From positions 132,821 to 196,820 of the forward strand of contig JACPJT010000007.1 of NCBI GenBank assembly GCA_016187415.1: DNA of 64,000 nucleotides. The letters run 5' to 3'. Made by a program: the position numbers and the translations under genes. Under the pieces are notes generated by a model. It was given only the letters and a program-made list of their open reading frames with translations, had not been told where the DNA came from and searched no databases. Below, one piece after another: positions 18,410 to 28,778 of the stretch (the stretch's first letter is position 1; every line of letters begins with the position of its first letter). This DNA comes from Candidatus Aenigmatarchaeota archaeon. GTDB lineage: Archaea > Aenigmatarchaeota > Aenigmatarchaeia > CG10238-14 > SCSR01.

Positions 18410-19456
18410 TCAAACCTTGAAAATCTGCCTGCTTTTATCGACTTTCCTCTTTCCGATTTTTATCAGGTTCAGATCATCCAAATGGTTGACATATTCCCTA
18501 AACATTCTTTTTGTCAACGGATCTTGAGCAGATGACGCATATTCCTTGTACAAATCATCGAATGTAGTTTTATTTTTGTTGTTGACCATATCCAGAATTA
18601 TTTTTTCCAAATCATCGATTTTTTCCTTGATTATATCCGGCTTCACTTCATCAACAGTTTTCATAACTCTTTTAACATGCTCGACCTTAACTCTGTCTGA
18701 ATTCTCCTGTTCGGCAAGCCTCCCAGCTTTCAGCAGACACTCCAGTCCAACTCTCACATCGCCGCCTTTGTTCAATGCGTGGACTGAAGACAGGCTGACA
18801 ACGCCTTCTTCAACGGAGTTCAATCCATAATCAACACGCTCTTTCAAAATATCTTTCATTTCGCCCAAGTTGTAGGATTTGAATTCTATTTCATCCAAGC
18901 CCAGCCTGCTAATTATTCTGGGCTCCAAGTCAGAAAACACATGCGGATCATTTGATATGAACACCAGTCCAATCGGATTGTTGACATACTGCTTCATTTG
19001 AAGCAAATCGTACAGAACTTTCTGGCCATGTCTAACAAGTTGATCAACCTCGTCGAGGCAAATTATTAACGCTTTCTTAGATTTATCCAACGCTTCTGTC
19101 AGGCGTGAAATGATTTCATCCTTGGCCCAACCCCTGCGTTGGACAAACATTCCAAATTCCGATACGATTTTTGACAGGACAGCAGTCGGAGTATTGTAGT
19201 CCCAGCAATTCATATAGATGGTCTTTATACCGGAATAATCTTCAAATTCCCTGAAAACCGATTTTGCAGTCGCGGTTTTTCCTATGCCCGGCGAACCGAA
19301 AACAAAAGTGTTGATCGGTTTTCTGCCTTTACTCGCCGGCGATAGGTTGTCGGCTAGCTGTTTTATTTGCTGTTCTCTATGCGGCAGTATATCCGGTAAA
19401 TAATCTGGAGAAAGTACTTCTTCATTCTTGAAAATTCTTGATTTATACATTTCCAT
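18410..19456 (-). CDS. cdc6: Orc1/Cdc6 replication initiator (AAA+ with C-terminal winged helix)
   Basis: Walker A is 'GSPGIGKTATAK' and Walker B is 'LIICLDEVD'. The sensor region and C-terminal wHTH follow. Confidence 0.8.
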   Translation of the reverse strand: MEMYKSRIFKNEEVLSPDYLPDILPHREQQIKQLADNLSPASKGRKPINTFVFGSPGIGKTATAKSVFREFEDYSGIKTIYMNCWDYNTPTAVLSKIVSEFGMFVQRRGWAKDEIISRLTEALDKSKKALIICLDEVDQLVRHGQKVLYDLLQMKQYVNNPIGLVFISNDPHVFSDLEPRIISRLGLDEIEFKSYNLGEMKDILKERVDYGLNSVEEGVVSLSSVHALNKGGDVRVGLECLLKAGRLAEQENSDRVKVEHVKRVMKTVDEVKPDIIKEKIDDLEKIILDMVNNKNKTTFDDLYKEYASSAQDPLTKRMFREYVNHLDDLNLIKIGKRKVDKSRQIFKV

Positions 19457-19478
19457 AATATGGATTAAGATTTGTTAT

Positions 19479-19853
19479 TTATCTTTTCGGACGGTATAAT
19501 GAGGCTTTTTTTCCACGATTCAACGTTCTGTAATTGATTGTCTGTGCTCTCAATTGTGTTTTTATGTAGTCTGCTCCAATACGAGGATCTTTATCACCAC
19601 ATGTAAAAATGTCAACAGCAGCATATCCGTGTTCTGGCCATGTATGAATGGATATATGCGATTCTGCTATAGCTACAATACCTGTTACACCATACGGACT
19701 AAACTTGTGAAAAACACTCCCTATAATAGTAGTATCCATTTTCTTAGCAGCATCAAGTAACGTTTCCTTTACTAGAGTTTCATTGTCTAATGTTTCAAAT
19801 GGGCACTTATATAACTCTACAATCAGATGGTTTCCTAGGGAATTCATTAACAT
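19479..19853 (-). CDS. speH: S-adenosylmethionine decarboxylase proenzyme (pyruvoyl-dependent, SpeH/SpeD-type)
   Basis: 'AESHISIHTWPEHGYAAVDIFTCG' contains the ES-H self-cleavage site. Confidence 0.8.
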   Translation of the reverse strand: MLMNSLGNHLIVELYKCPFETLDNETLVKETLLDAAKKMDTTIIGSVFHKFSPYGVTGIVAIAESHISIHTWPEHGYAAVDIFTCGDKDPRIGADYIKTQLRAQTINYRTLNRGKKASLYRPKR

Positions 19854-19881
19854 TTTATTATTTTTTTAATTTAAAAAATCT

Positions 19882-21468
19882 TTACAATGCAGTTCTTAAT
19901 TTTTTAGTGATTTCTTCCTTACCCCTTTCAATTATATACGGTCCCAACCTCGGTCCCCTATCAGAATTCAGAATTATATTGTAAATTAATTTGAACGCTT
20001 CACCAACTTGCAAACCGCTTCCCTTAATAGTTTCAAATAAGTTCAATTGCAGTTTTTCCGAATCAGATTCCTTTTCTATGACTCCAATTAATTTTCTAAT
20101 CATACCTCTTCCTTTTTCATCAAGCATTACTTTCTTCTCTTCGGTTTTTTGGAAATCCTCTATCCAGTTTTCAACATACTTGACTCTCTCTTCAAGCAAT
20201 TTCGTATCTGCACCATATTTCAGTTCTTCCAGTTTCTTAACAATGAAATCCATCTTTCCTTCGGATGGTGATATCTTTACAATTTCAACCAGCTTTTCAT
20301 AAGGAACGTCAATAGTTTCCTTTTTCTTAGTTTTTATCACAGCAAGCTCGTAGGCCCTTTTATAATTGTTGTCCTTTCTTTTATCGTTGGCAGATTCTTT
20401 ACCGAAAAATATCCTTTCAGCCTTGTCAAATTCGTCAAACAATTTCGGCACCATGATTGAAAGCTTGATGTCTTTCGCGATTGTCAATCTCCCTTGGAAC
20501 ATCCAATATCGCAAGTGTGCGCCCGACATATACTTTAGGATGTCATAAACTGTGATAACATTCCCTTTGCTCTTGCTCATCTTTTCCCCGTTGACAAGAA
20601 AATGCTCGTAAACCACAGGATAGGGCGGTTCCCAATCAAAAAGTTTGACAATCTCCTTGGCAGTATCCCAGCTCCCGCCGGCCGCTGCATGCTCTTTACC
20701 GAACGGTTCACATGTCGCTTTCAGGAACACCCACCTAGCCGCCCATTCGACTCTCCATGTCAGTTTCGCATTCCCGTCAAGGATAGACATTTTACCTTTA
20801 TTACCGCACCCGGCAACTGGGCTCTTTCTATGAAGCAGTATCTCTTTTGGGTCGCAAAAATAATCCACTTCAGCAGTTTTAGGATAATAGTCCAGAATCT
20901 TTGTCGTGGCTATCTTCCCGCATTTTTTGCAGATAACATCCACAGGATACCACTCTTCAGGCAGAGGCGTTGTTCTGAACTTGTTTATGATTTCAGCTAT
21001 ATCCTTTCTTTTCTCCATCGCAATTTTCATGATGTCATTGTACATCCCATTTTTGTACATCTCTATGCCGAGCAGGACTTTTGGTTTGACGTTCACGGTT
21101 TCAAGCTGTTTCAGCATTTTCTCTTCAAAATGGACAGTGAAACTCCTGTGGCATTTCCAGAAATCTGGAATGTTGCTGGCAGGTATGCCCAAATACTCCT
21201 CAAGTTCTTTCGGCAAATCCGCCGGCACCGCCCTGAAGGGATCCATATCATCTGATATCCAGATAAGATTGACAGGTTTCCTCAGCGATTTCACGGCAAG
21301 CCTTATGGCATCTCCTCTTATGACATCATTGGCATTTCCTATATGCGGGTCACCGGACATTGAAGTCCCAGTCATTATGACTTGCTTCTTAGTTCCCCAT
21401 TTGGTCACTAGCTCTTTGGCTATTTTGTCAGGCCAAAACTCATATTCTTGTTCTTCTGCAACTACCAT
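19882..21468 (-). CDS. lysK: Class I lysyl-tRNA synthetase
   Basis: HIGH ('PHIGN') and 'KMSKSKG' motifs are present. The 528-aa size is typical of archaeal LysRS-I. Confidence 0.85.
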   Translation of the reverse strand: MVVAEEQEYEFWPDKIAKELVTKWGTKKQVIMTGTSMSGDPHIGNANDVIRGDAIRLAVKSLRKPVNLIWISDDMDPFRAVPADLPKELEEYLGIPASNIPDFWKCHRSFTVHFEEKMLKQLETVNVKPKVLLGIEMYKNGMYNDIMKIAMEKRKDIAEIINKFRTTPLPEEWYPVDVICKKCGKIATTKILDYYPKTAEVDYFCDPKEILLHRKSPVAGCGNKGKMSILDGNAKLTWRVEWAARWVFLKATCEPFGKEHAAAGGSWDTAKEIVKLFDWEPPYPVVYEHFLVNGEKMSKSKGNVITVYDILKYMSGAHLRYWMFQGRLTIAKDIKLSIMVPKLFDEFDKAERIFFGKESANDKRKDNNYKRAYELAVIKTKKKETIDVPYEKLVEIVKISPSEGKMDFIVKKLEELKYGADTKLLEERVKYVENWIEDFQKTEEKKVMLDEKGRGMIRKLIGVIEKESDSEKLQLNLFETIKGSGLQVGEAFKLIYNIILNSDRGPRLGPYIIERGKEEITKKLRTAL

Positions 21469-21477
21469 ATAATCTAT

Positions 21478-22107
21478 ATGAAAATCTTAAAAATTAATCC
21501 AAATAGGCCAGAGAAGGAGCTTATAAGATTGGCAGCCGATGTGATTAAAAAGGGTGGTATTGTAATATATCCTACTGATACGCTTTACGGGATTGCTGCA
21601 AACGCGCTGAGCAAAAAGTGCGTAGTCAATGTCTACAAAATTAAGGGAAGAAAATTTACAAAGCCGCTGTCAGTCGCATTCCATTCGTTGCAACAGGCAA
21701 AGAGATACGTTAAATTCGATAAAGTATCGACTGAATTGGCGAGAAAGTTCCTGCCAGGACCATTGACAATTATCCTACCGATGAAATACAAATTCCCTAA
21801 AGAATTAACTGGCGGCTCCAAAAGTGTTGGTGTAAGGTTACCAGACAACAAAATTGCTTTAGAAATGATAAGAGAATGCGGTTTTCCAGTTACATCGACA
21901 AGTGCTAATGTATCTGGCAATGGAGATCCCATTACAGCTGAAGATGCCGTTAATCAAGTTGGCGATAAAGTAGACATGATTTTAGACGGCGGGAAGTGCA
22001 GACATTCGAAACCATCTACAATAGTCGATGCCAGTTCTGGCAAGATCAAAATATTGCGAGAAGGTGCAATTAAAGGCAGAACATTAAGTGAGCTCGTGGG
22101 GATTTGA
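21478..22107 (+). CDS. L-threonylcarbamoyladenylate synthase (YrdC/TsaC-like)
   Basis: 'IVIYPTDTLYGIAANA' and '...SANVSG...' are YrdC/Sua5 motifs. The product is ~209 aa, with no Sua5 C-terminal domain. Confidence 0.7.
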   Translation: MKILKINPNRPEKELIRLAADVIKKGGIVIYPTDTLYGIAANALSKKCVVNVYKIKGRKFTKPLSVAFHSLQQAKRYVKFDKVSTELARKFLPGPLTIILPMKYKFPKELTGGSKSVGVRLPDNKIALEMIRECGFPVTSTSANVSGNGDPITAEDAVNQVGDKVDMILDGGKCRHSKPSTIVDASSGKIKILREGAIKGRTLSELVGI

Positions 22108-22175
22108 ACCCCAATTAGAAGCTATTCGCTTTCCAACCGCAAGCTCCCGTCCTATCCAGGTTAGACTACGAGCCC
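22089..22175 (-). tRNA. tRNA-Arg (anticodon GCG, inferred) with a ~13-nt intron in the anticodon loop
   Basis: The reverse strand reads GGGCTCG...GGAGC-TTGCGG[intron]A-GCTTC...TGGGGTTCAAATCCCCA-CGAGCTC. The anticodon assignment is by inspection. Confidence 0.6.
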
Positions 22176-22222
22176 ATCGCTAACTATAAAAATCTCACTT
22201 TTATAAACTTAATAATCAAATT

Positions 22223-22411
22223 TTGAGAAGGTCGGTCAAACTGGAAAAGAACTTGCAATGCAACACGTGCGGCACGAATGTGCTGTCCAAGAAGAATTTT
22301 GTTCAGTTGAATTGCCCGCAATGCGGTAAAACCGAAATTATTAGGTGCAGCACATGCAAGAATCTCGGTGCGAAATACCGTTGCAAGGAATGTAATTTTG
22401 AAGGTCCTTAA
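22223..22411 (+). CDS. Small double Zn-ribbon protein
   Basis: 'CNTC...CPQCG...CSTC...CKEC' lies immediately upstream of aEF-1beta, a conserved archaeal gene pair. Confidence 0.55.
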   Translation: MRRSVKLEKNLQCNTCGTNVLSKKNFVQLNCPQCGKTEIIRCSTCKNLGAKYRCKECNFEGP

Positions 22412-22412
22412 A

Positions 22413-22670
22413 GTGCCCGATGTCATAGTAACTTTTAAAGTCATGCCTACAAGCGTGGATGTCGATTTGGACAAAGTCGAGAAAGAACTCAATGCCGCAA
22501 TAAGCCCCCAAAGAATAGTGAGAGAGCCAATAGCTTTTGGCCTTGTCGCATTAAATGTCACTACGTTCGTTGAAGACAGCGGCGGTCAGGTCGAAAAGTT
22601 GGAGGAGAAGATAAGAGCCATTGAAGGTGTTGCCGACGTAGAGGTTACCGAAGTAACCAGGTCGCTTTAA
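22413..22670 (+). CDS. Elongation factor 1-beta (aEF-1beta), likely a GTG start
   Basis: 'VIVTFKVMPTSVDVDLDKVEKEL...EPIAFGLVALNV...' matches the aEF-1beta pattern. The ORF is open from 22368, and a GTG at 22413 gives the canonical N-terminus. Confidence 0.65.
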   Translation: MPDVIVTFKVMPTSVDVDLDKVEKELNAAISPQRIVREPIAFGLVALNVTTFVEDSGGQVEKLEEKIRAIEGVADVEVTEVTRSL

Positions 22671-23215
22671 ACCGCCCCATAAACAAAAAGTCGATGCCTA
22701 TCCTTATCTTGTAGCTCGTCCAATATCCTTCTGATTATCATCTTCTTAGGGTCGCTGACCATTGGAATCCTTTGCCTTATCTCATCAAAGGTCTCGAACG
22801 GCTTCTTCTTCCTCTCTTCTATTATAGACCATAAATGTTTCTTTCCTATACCGGGCAGCAGTTCTAGGCTGTGCATTCTTGTGGTCAATGAACCGGATTT
22901 ATTGAAGAAATCCACGAACCTTTTTTCATCTTTCGTGATTATGTCCGTTACAATCTCTTCCAGCATATCCTTGGCATAAGTTGTCAAATCGCTGAAGTTG
23001 ATCTTGCTTCTAATATACTTTACCTCGTCTCTTTTGCCTTCGCCGATGTATAGCCTATCCTTATTTTTGACTGCTAGATTGTCCTTCACTATAACTTCAA
23101 GCAGGCTGAAATATTTCTCGCCGATTCCTTGGACGACAGGCTCGGCTCTTCTATCGCCGGACTTGCCCGTTTGAAGAAAATCCAACACTATCAGAAATTC
23201 GTCTTTCATTAGCAT
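22667..23215 (-). CDS. DUF655-family (HhH-containing, putative RNA-binding) protein
   Basis: It is a conserved archaeal partner of rpoF/rpl21e and carries an 'LELLPGIGKKHLWSIIEERKK' HhH motif. Confidence 0.6.
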   Translation of the reverse strand: MLMKDEFLIVLDFLQTGKSGDRRAEPVVQGIGEKYFSLLEVIVKDNLAVKNKDRLYIGEGKRDEVKYIRSKINFSDLTTYAKDMLEEIVTDIITKDEKRFVDFFNKSGSLTTRMHSLELLPGIGKKHLWSIIEERKKKPFETFDEIRQRIPMVSDPKKMIIRRILDELQDKDRHRLFVYGAV

Positions 23216-23228
23216 ATGAACACCTTGT

Positions 23229-23564
23229 CTAAATATACTTTTTGACCGTTTTCAATATGGCGTCTATTTCTTCATCGGTCAAAGATTGATAGTCCTTATA
23301 TAAAACGGCTCTCATGTCTTCCTTGTCTTCAGGTAAGAAATTGACAATGCTGATTATCTGCCTTTCCCTTAATTTTTCTATTTTCTTCAAGTCCGCTATA
23401 AGAGCCTCGGTTTCTTTCGAGTCGAGCTTGACAAACTTTCTAAGGACTTCCAGACTGTTCTTCTGCTCGTACTTTAATTCGCCCTGCTTTTCCCTGCCTT
23501 CAAGCAGGTCTTTTGCCTTGGAATTTGGTACAAACTCTTCTAAAATTATGTTCAAAATAATCAC
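23229..23564 (-). CDS. rpoF: DNA-directed RNA polymerase subunit F (Rpo4)
   Basis: The 111-aa size and its position between L21e and DUF655 fit Rpo4. Confidence 0.65.
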   Translation of the reverse strand: MIILNIILEEFVPNSKAKDLLEGREKQGELKYEQKNSLEVLRKFVKLDSKETEALIADLKKIEKLRERQIISIVNFLPEDKEDMRAVLYKDYQSLTDEEIDAILKTVKKYI

Positions 23565-23594
23565 CCATGATTATAATATTAATACAGAACAGCC

Positions 23595-23879
23595 TTAAAT
23601 AGGCTTTAGATGTTCGGGCCTGGAAATTATCTTTTTCATCATGTCGCCGACCCTGATTGCGACTATGTAGCTTTCGCCCCTCTTTTCAATAATCTTCCCG
23701 GAAAGTCCCTTGAATTTTGAGTAAGGCATTCCCTTGTGGCTTGAGGGCTCCATTTCTATGGCCACGCTCTGGCCCACGTCAAATTCCCGCAGGAATTTTG
23801 TTATAGTAGGTCTTACACTGGGGAGCTGTCTGAGCTTGTTTCTTGTGCTTGTTCTGAACCCTTTAGACTTCCTAACCAT
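23595..23879 (-). CDS. rpl21e: Ribosomal protein L21e
   Basis: 'MVRKSKGFRTSTRNKL...' reads as an L21e N-terminus. Confidence 0.8.
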   Translation of the reverse strand: MVRKSKGFRTSTRNKLRQLPSVRPTITKFLREFDVGQSVAIEMEPSSHKGMPYSKFKGLSGKIIEKRGESYIVAIRVGDMMKKIISRPEHLKPI

Positions 23880-23927
23880 TAAACCACTTCATAATATGAG
23901 GTTTATAAGATTTTAAATTCTTTTGCC

Positions 23928-25124
23928 TTAGTTCAAATCTACAGCATCGGCATCTGTTTCTTTGACACCGTTTGTAAAGGTTGCAACGGCGCCATAAGAT
24001 TTGCCATGTATAGGTTTTAAGTAAGGTGGCGCAAGACCATAATCTCTCGTTGTATAACTTACATAATTTACACCATAGCCCCCTTTATCCACAATTGATA
24101 CATCTACACGTTGACCACTCCAGGGGTCTTCTATGCCTAGCTGATGAGCATATGTAACTATTCCCAAAAATTCTTGTCTGAAAAACGGTACGTCTACTGG
24201 TACAATTGCAACATATTTTTTAAGTGTCCCGTCCGAAGGAAACTTTAATATAAGCCATCTGCTTGTATATTCGTCGAAATTTATCCTGCAAGATTTCCTA
24301 ACCAAGTCTTGGAATTTTGCAATATTGCTAGCATCAGAAAAATCAAAAACAGTTCGTTCACTCGCTTTCCTATAATTCTCTGTGAAAGTGCCTATGAAAT
24401 CCCGATCTTCATCATAAAGATAAGCGAATGCTTCACCAATCAAAAATTGCCTAATAGTTCTGAGCAACAGATTGTTGTCAAATTTGTCAAGCGTAGCAAG
24501 CTTTTCCTTATTGAATAAATACGGGTTCACATTGGTTAATTTATACTGGTATCTTCTGGCGTCTCTGTAATCTTCGCCTATCTGTCGGCCAACTATCAGG
24601 GAAGTCCCTTCCGGCAAACCTTCCTGATAAGTGTCGGCTGCAATAATAGAATTCCCTTGGAAGACGTGACTTTCTTCATGCACAAAAACATTGTGGCTAG
24701 TGTCTCTTAGCAATATCGTTCGAGTTTTATCGCCATCAAAAATAGTTCGTCCGCGTTCATTCTCCGGCAATCCGCCTTTTACAATTCTTACTTCTACACC
24801 GGTTTTATAATTCCTATCGAGCGGTTCCGTGCCAAATACGCTTCTGAGAGGTTCATATGCACGGCGAATAATGTAGTGAAGCTCGTTTTGTTCCCCCTCA
24901 TCCCAACTATCGTCTATGATGAATTTCGTGGCGCCTTCAGTATGGACACGGGAACTGGCTTGCTGCTGCGTTATAGCGTGCCTTCTCGCAGCAAGTGACT
25001 GAATCGACCTAGTTACCGCATCACTTGCAGACGTTAATTTTTCCATAGAAGGCAATACGAAAAGTGCGACACCGAGAGTACCACCAAGTTTAATCAGGTC
25101 CCTTTTCGTAAGTTTGGGGTCCAT
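23928..25124 (-). CDS. Secreted hypothetical protein, possibly Tat-like or Sec signal
   Basis: An N-terminal 'TKRDLIKLGGTLGVALFVLP' hydrophobic segment is present. No motif was recognised. Confidence 0.4.
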   Translation of the reverse strand: MDPKLTKRDLIKLGGTLGVALFVLPSMEKLTSASDAVTRSIQSLAARRHAITQQQASSRVHTEGATKFIIDDSWDEGEQNELHYIIRRAYEPLRSVFGTEPLDRNYKTGVEVRIVKGGLPENERGRTIFDGDKTRTILLRDTSHNVFVHEESHVFQGNSIIAADTYQEGLPEGTSLIVGRQIGEDYRDARRYQYKLTNVNPYLFNKEKLATLDKFDNNLLLRTIRQFLIGEAFAYLYDEDRDFIGTFTENYRKASERTVFDFSDASNIAKFQDLVRKSCRINFDEYTSRWLILKFPSDGTLKKYVAIVPVDVPFFRQEFLGIVTYAHQLGIEDPWSGQRVDVSIVDKGGYGVNYVSYTTRDYGLAPPYLKPIHGKSYGAVATFTNGVKETDADAVDLN

Positions 25125-25164
25125 TAAAATAAAGTTATGAGTTAAGTTATTTAACTTTGAAATC

Positions 25165-26088
25165 TCACTTGTTGGCCATAGTTACTTCTTCATTGTCCCC
25201 CCTAGAGGTCAATTTAAATAATCTACCCCTTTCGTCTTTCATAAAAATCTGTTTATCATATCCATCAACCCTGGTAAACACAATCTCCCCATTTTTACCA
25301 ATCGGATTAATATCAATTTTACAGCCGCTTTCAGGCGTAGTAATCGATTTTTTCTTGCCGGTTATAACATCAACTTCAACCACACATATGTTGCCTTTCC
25401 CCGCAATCTCACTTGTAAGCACATGCCCATCGTCAGACCAAGTCGCACCATAATAGTCGCCAGATTTTGTCACCTGTCTGATTCTCCTTCCGTCGCTTCC
25501 CCCAACGTATACGTCGCCTGTGGCGGCTTCTACACCCTTTCTAACAAATGCCAGCCACCTGCCGTTAGGTGAGATGGCAGGTGATGTGTCCCACCCATCA
25601 CTAGTAACCAATCTTTCCGCACCAAAGGGTCCCATCTTGTATATTTGTTGTTTGCCACCATCTCTCGTGGATATAAACACAAAGTCTTGGCTATTTGGAA
25701 ACCATGCTTGTTGGGAAGAAAAATTCGGTCCCCGATAACGAATTTCTTCTTGTGTTTCACGATCATATACTCGAATGAATGTCTGTGAGTCAAACCCCGT
25801 AGATAAAATCCGCTTCCCGTCAGGTGAAACAGACGGCCAATAGTAATTATTGCCTATATTTAGTGGTTTTACCTTTCTTTTATCACTGCCATCATAACGC
25901 ATGCTCCAGATATCGCTTTTACCGTCTACATTGGAGATATATATGATTCTGTCAGTTGGAGAACCGTATTCAGGACCATTTGATGCTGGTACACTGGGAG
26001 AAGATAATATTAGAAATGGAACAAATAACGGCAATAAATAACGCCTTAAGTTCGATGATGCTCTTTTTTCATAGGTGGACAACGGCAT
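25165..26088 (-). CDS. Secreted WD40-like beta-propeller (PD40/TolB-like) protein
   Basis: A signal peptide precedes repeated 'DG..I.F.S.RDG..DIY' units. Confidence 0.55.
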   Translation of the reverse strand: MPLSTYEKRASSNLRRYLLPLFVPFLILSSPSVPASNGPEYGSPTDRIIYISNVDGKSDIWSMRYDGSDKRKVKPLNIGNNYYWPSVSPDGKRILSTGFDSQTFIRVYDRETQEEIRYRGPNFSSQQAWFPNSQDFVFISTRDGGKQQIYKMGPFGAERLVTSDGWDTSPAISPNGRWLAFVRKGVEAATGDVYVGGSDGRRIRQVTKSGDYYGATWSDDGHVLTSEIAGKGNICVVEVDVITGKKKSITTPESGCKIDINPIGKNGEIVFTRVDGYDKQIFMKDERGRLFKLTSRGDNEEVTMANK

Positions 26089-26130
26089 ACTTATATCTAA
26101 AACAGTTAACGATTTAATCCCTATGGAACA

Positions 26131-27417
26131 TCAGATTTTCTTCGAATGGATTTCAAAAACGTCCAACGACATTTTCTTTACCTTGTTGTCTATCAATTCG
26201 CTTACGTTAGGCTGCGTCCTTCCGCCATCACCGCTTATTAGCTCTTTTATGTAAAGCCCAGACTCGGCTTTGATTTTGAATTGGATTCTCTTGTTCCCCA
26301 CTATTTTATAAGAAAATTTCTTCACATACCTTTTTCTCATCTTATCTGCACGCCTGTGGACAACACGCAGGGGCGTCTTCTGCATTATGGGTTCTTGTGC
26401 AATTATTTTCAATTTCTTTAGAAGTTTCTTTTCGATTTTATTTTTGAATTCAACATCGACAAAATATGTTTTATCTATGCGGTCAGACTTCAGTTTTCTA
26501 ACAATGCTCTTATCAACGAATTTCAGTTCCTTCACGTGGACTTTTTTCGATTTGTTTATTTTTTTCTCCAGCTCTTTCAGGTTAATTTTTCTCCTAACCG
26601 GTTTGACGATCTCAATAACAAACGGTCTCCATCCCAAGTTCCTAGCATCTATATCCTCGCGTCCAGCGCCGTGGAATGCGGATTTCTTGCTTTGAGCGTC
26701 CTTTAGTATAGGACTTTCAATTATTTCTTGGATGGAAGTCTTGTACAGTTTTCCTTCACCTTTACAATAAGTACAGCCTTTTCCATTGCATTCTTTGCAT
26801 ATCCACTTTGTCTGCGGTATGCCTCTTACAAGTTTCTGGTACCTGCCGTAAATAAACAGGCTCTTGACCTGAATTTTTATCGAGTTTGTTTTAAGGTCGA
26901 CCAATATAGTGACGTCCGGGCTTTTCAAATCAAAATGCTTGCCAGTTAACTTTTCAATTATTTTTCCCATCTCCCTATTGATTTCTGATTTTATCGGTTC
27001 AGAAAATTCTATTCCCATTGTCTCTTGCATCTTTTCTTCGGCATTCAATATTTCATCGGAAGGAATTGTTCCGACGACAAACGTATCGAATTCTATGTCA
27101 CCTATTTTTTTGACAACACCTTCCCCCAACTCTCCGAGTTTTTCATCAAAAAAGTTTTTGCATATCTTGCATTTTTCCGGAGTTTGCGGTTTGATTTTTG
27201 AATCCCTGAAATTAATTCCATGGAAATTTGACAAATCTACATCCAATTTCTCCCCAGAATCTGAAATAAATGCAAGTTGGTACCTTATCAGCCTTCCCCG
27301 TTCTTTATTTGTAAATCCAGAAAGCAAGTTGCCTATATTCCTTCCAATGCACCAATCGCATATGTAACCTGTTTTTAACAATTCGGCAAATTTCTTAATT
27401 AATTCAGCCATGAACAT
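26131..27417 (-). CDS. pus10: tRNA pseudouridine synthase Pus10
   Basis: An N-terminal Zn-ribbon 'CDWCIGR...CKICK' precedes a THUMP-like and a catalytic domain. The 428-aa size is typical. Confidence 0.7.
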   Translation of the reverse strand: MFMAELIKKFAELLKTGYICDWCIGRNIGNLLSGFTNKERGRLIRYQLAFISDSGEKLDVDLSNFHGINFRDSKIKPQTPEKCKICKNFFDEKLGELGEGVVKKIGDIEFDTFVVGTIPSDEILNAEEKMQETMGIEFSEPIKSEINREMGKIIEKLTGKHFDLKSPDVTILVDLKTNSIKIQVKSLFIYGRYQKLVRGIPQTKWICKECNGKGCTYCKGEGKLYKTSIQEIIESPILKDAQSKKSAFHGAGREDIDARNLGWRPFVIEIVKPVRRKINLKELEKKINKSKKVHVKELKFVDKSIVRKLKSDRIDKTYFVDVEFKNKIEKKLLKKLKIIAQEPIMQKTPLRVVHRRADKMRKRYVKKFSYKIVGNKRIQFKIKAESGLYIKELISGDGGRTQPNVSELIDNKVKKMSLDVFEIHSKKI

Positions 27418-27449
27418 CTTCTACAAGTGTATTAGGTTTCTATGAATAA

Positions 27450-28778
27450 CTATAATTTAAAACCAAATTGCTGAGACAGTTTTTTGAATTCCCCTCTTTG
27501 CAATCCTTTCATCCCACCCAATGATCTCATGACTTTCTTCGTTTGGTTATACTGACTCAAAAGATCTCTCACGTCATTTTCAGTCTTCCCAGACCCTTTG
27601 GCAATCCTAGCAATTCTCGCGGCCGATATTATATCGGGATTTTCGCGTTCGTCCTTTCTCATGGATTGTATGACCACTTTGTAAGTCTTCATCTTTTCCT
27701 CTTGTTTTTTCAGCATATCTTCCGGTATTTTCATCATTCCAACACCGGGTATCATTCCCATTATTTGCTGCAGGGGTCCCATTTTATTCAGACTTTCTAT
27801 CTGCTCCATGAAATCCTGTAATGTGAATTTCCCCTCGGCGATTCTTTCTACAGACTCTTTTTTGATATCCGCCTCTTTTGCCTTTTCCAATAAAGTTTCC
27901 AAATCGCCTAGTCCCAACAAACGTGAAACAAATCTTCCCGGATTGTATAATTCGAAATCTTCAAGTTTTTCTCCAGTGCCGATGAATTTAACCTTGGCGC
28001 CGGTGACATTTGCGGCTGCCAACGCACCACCAGCCTTTGCGGTGCCGTCCATTTTTGTAATGATGACGCCTGTCACGCCAGCCAGCTTGTGGAATTCTTC
28101 GGCCTGCTTTTCCACAATCTTGCCCAAATCAGCAGGCAGAACAAGTAATACTTCATCTGGCTTTACTATCTCAGACAGCCTCTTCAGCTCCTCCGCAAGA
28201 TCCTTATCCAAAGCATTCCTACCAGACGTATCAAAGATAATAATATCATAATTTGCATATTTTGTCAACGCAGTTTGTGCAACTGTATAGGGATCCCTGC
28301 TCTTTTCATCGACATAAACCGAGACACCAAGCTGTTTCCCAAGTTGCTGTATTTGTTGCGTTGCAGCTGGTCTGTAATAATCCAATCCAACGAGGGCGGG
28401 CTTCAATCCCTGCTTCATGAAGTATCTTGCCAGCTTGCCGACTGTAGTTGTCTTGCCGCTTCCAAAAAGGCCCACTACCATCAACCTCTTTTTACCCAGC
28501 AGCTCAGCGGGCTTCTCGCCGAGCATCTTCACAAGTTCTTCATATATGACTTTCAGGACATGTTCCCTCAAAGTTAACCCAGAAGGCACATCTTCCTTAA
28601 GGCATTTTTTATTTATTTCTTCAATAATTTTATCGGTCAATTGGATGTTGACATCCGATTCCATCAATATCCGTTTCATGTCTTTTAGAACTTCTTCTAC
28701 GGCGGTCTTGTCGACAGTGGTACCTGTAACCAATTTCTTGACCAAATTTGCGAATCCTTTTCCAAAGCCTTCCAGCAT
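27450..28778 (-). CDS. srp54: Signal recognition particle protein SRP54
   Basis: N, G ('GLFGSGKTTT') and Met-rich M domains ('MGMIPGVGMMK') are present. Confidence 0.9.
   Translation of the reverse strand: MLEGFGKGFANLVKKLVTGTTVDKTAVEEVLKDMKRILMESDVNIQLTDKIIEEINKKCLKEDVPSGLTLREHVLKVIYEELVKMLGEKPAELLGKKRLMVVGLFGSGKTTTVGKLARYFMKQGLKPALVGLDYYRPAATQQIQQLGKQLGVSVYVDEKSRDPYTVAQTALTKYANYDIIIFDTSGRNALDKDLAEELKRLSEIVKPDEVLLVLPADLGKIVEKQAEEFHKLAGVTGVIITKMDGTAKAGGALAAANVTGAKVKFIGTGEKLEDFELYNPGRFVSRLLGLGDLETLLEKAKEADIKKESVERIAEGKFTLQDFMEQIESLNKMGPLQQIMGMIPGVGMMKIPEDMLKKQEEKMKTYKVVIQSMRKDERENPDIISAARIARIAKGSGKTENDVRDLLSQYNQTKKVMRSLGGMKGLQRGEFKKLSQQFGFKL

Noticed and set aside
20602-21472. Plus-strand ORFs of 217 and 188 aa inside lysK
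   Set aside because: They are antisense to the class I LysRS gene, with no motifs.
22368-22412. ATG-initiated 15-codon N-terminal extension of aEF-1beta
   Set aside because: It overlaps the Zn-ribbon gene. A GTG at 22413 yields the canonical N-terminus, though the ATG at 22443 cannot be excluded.
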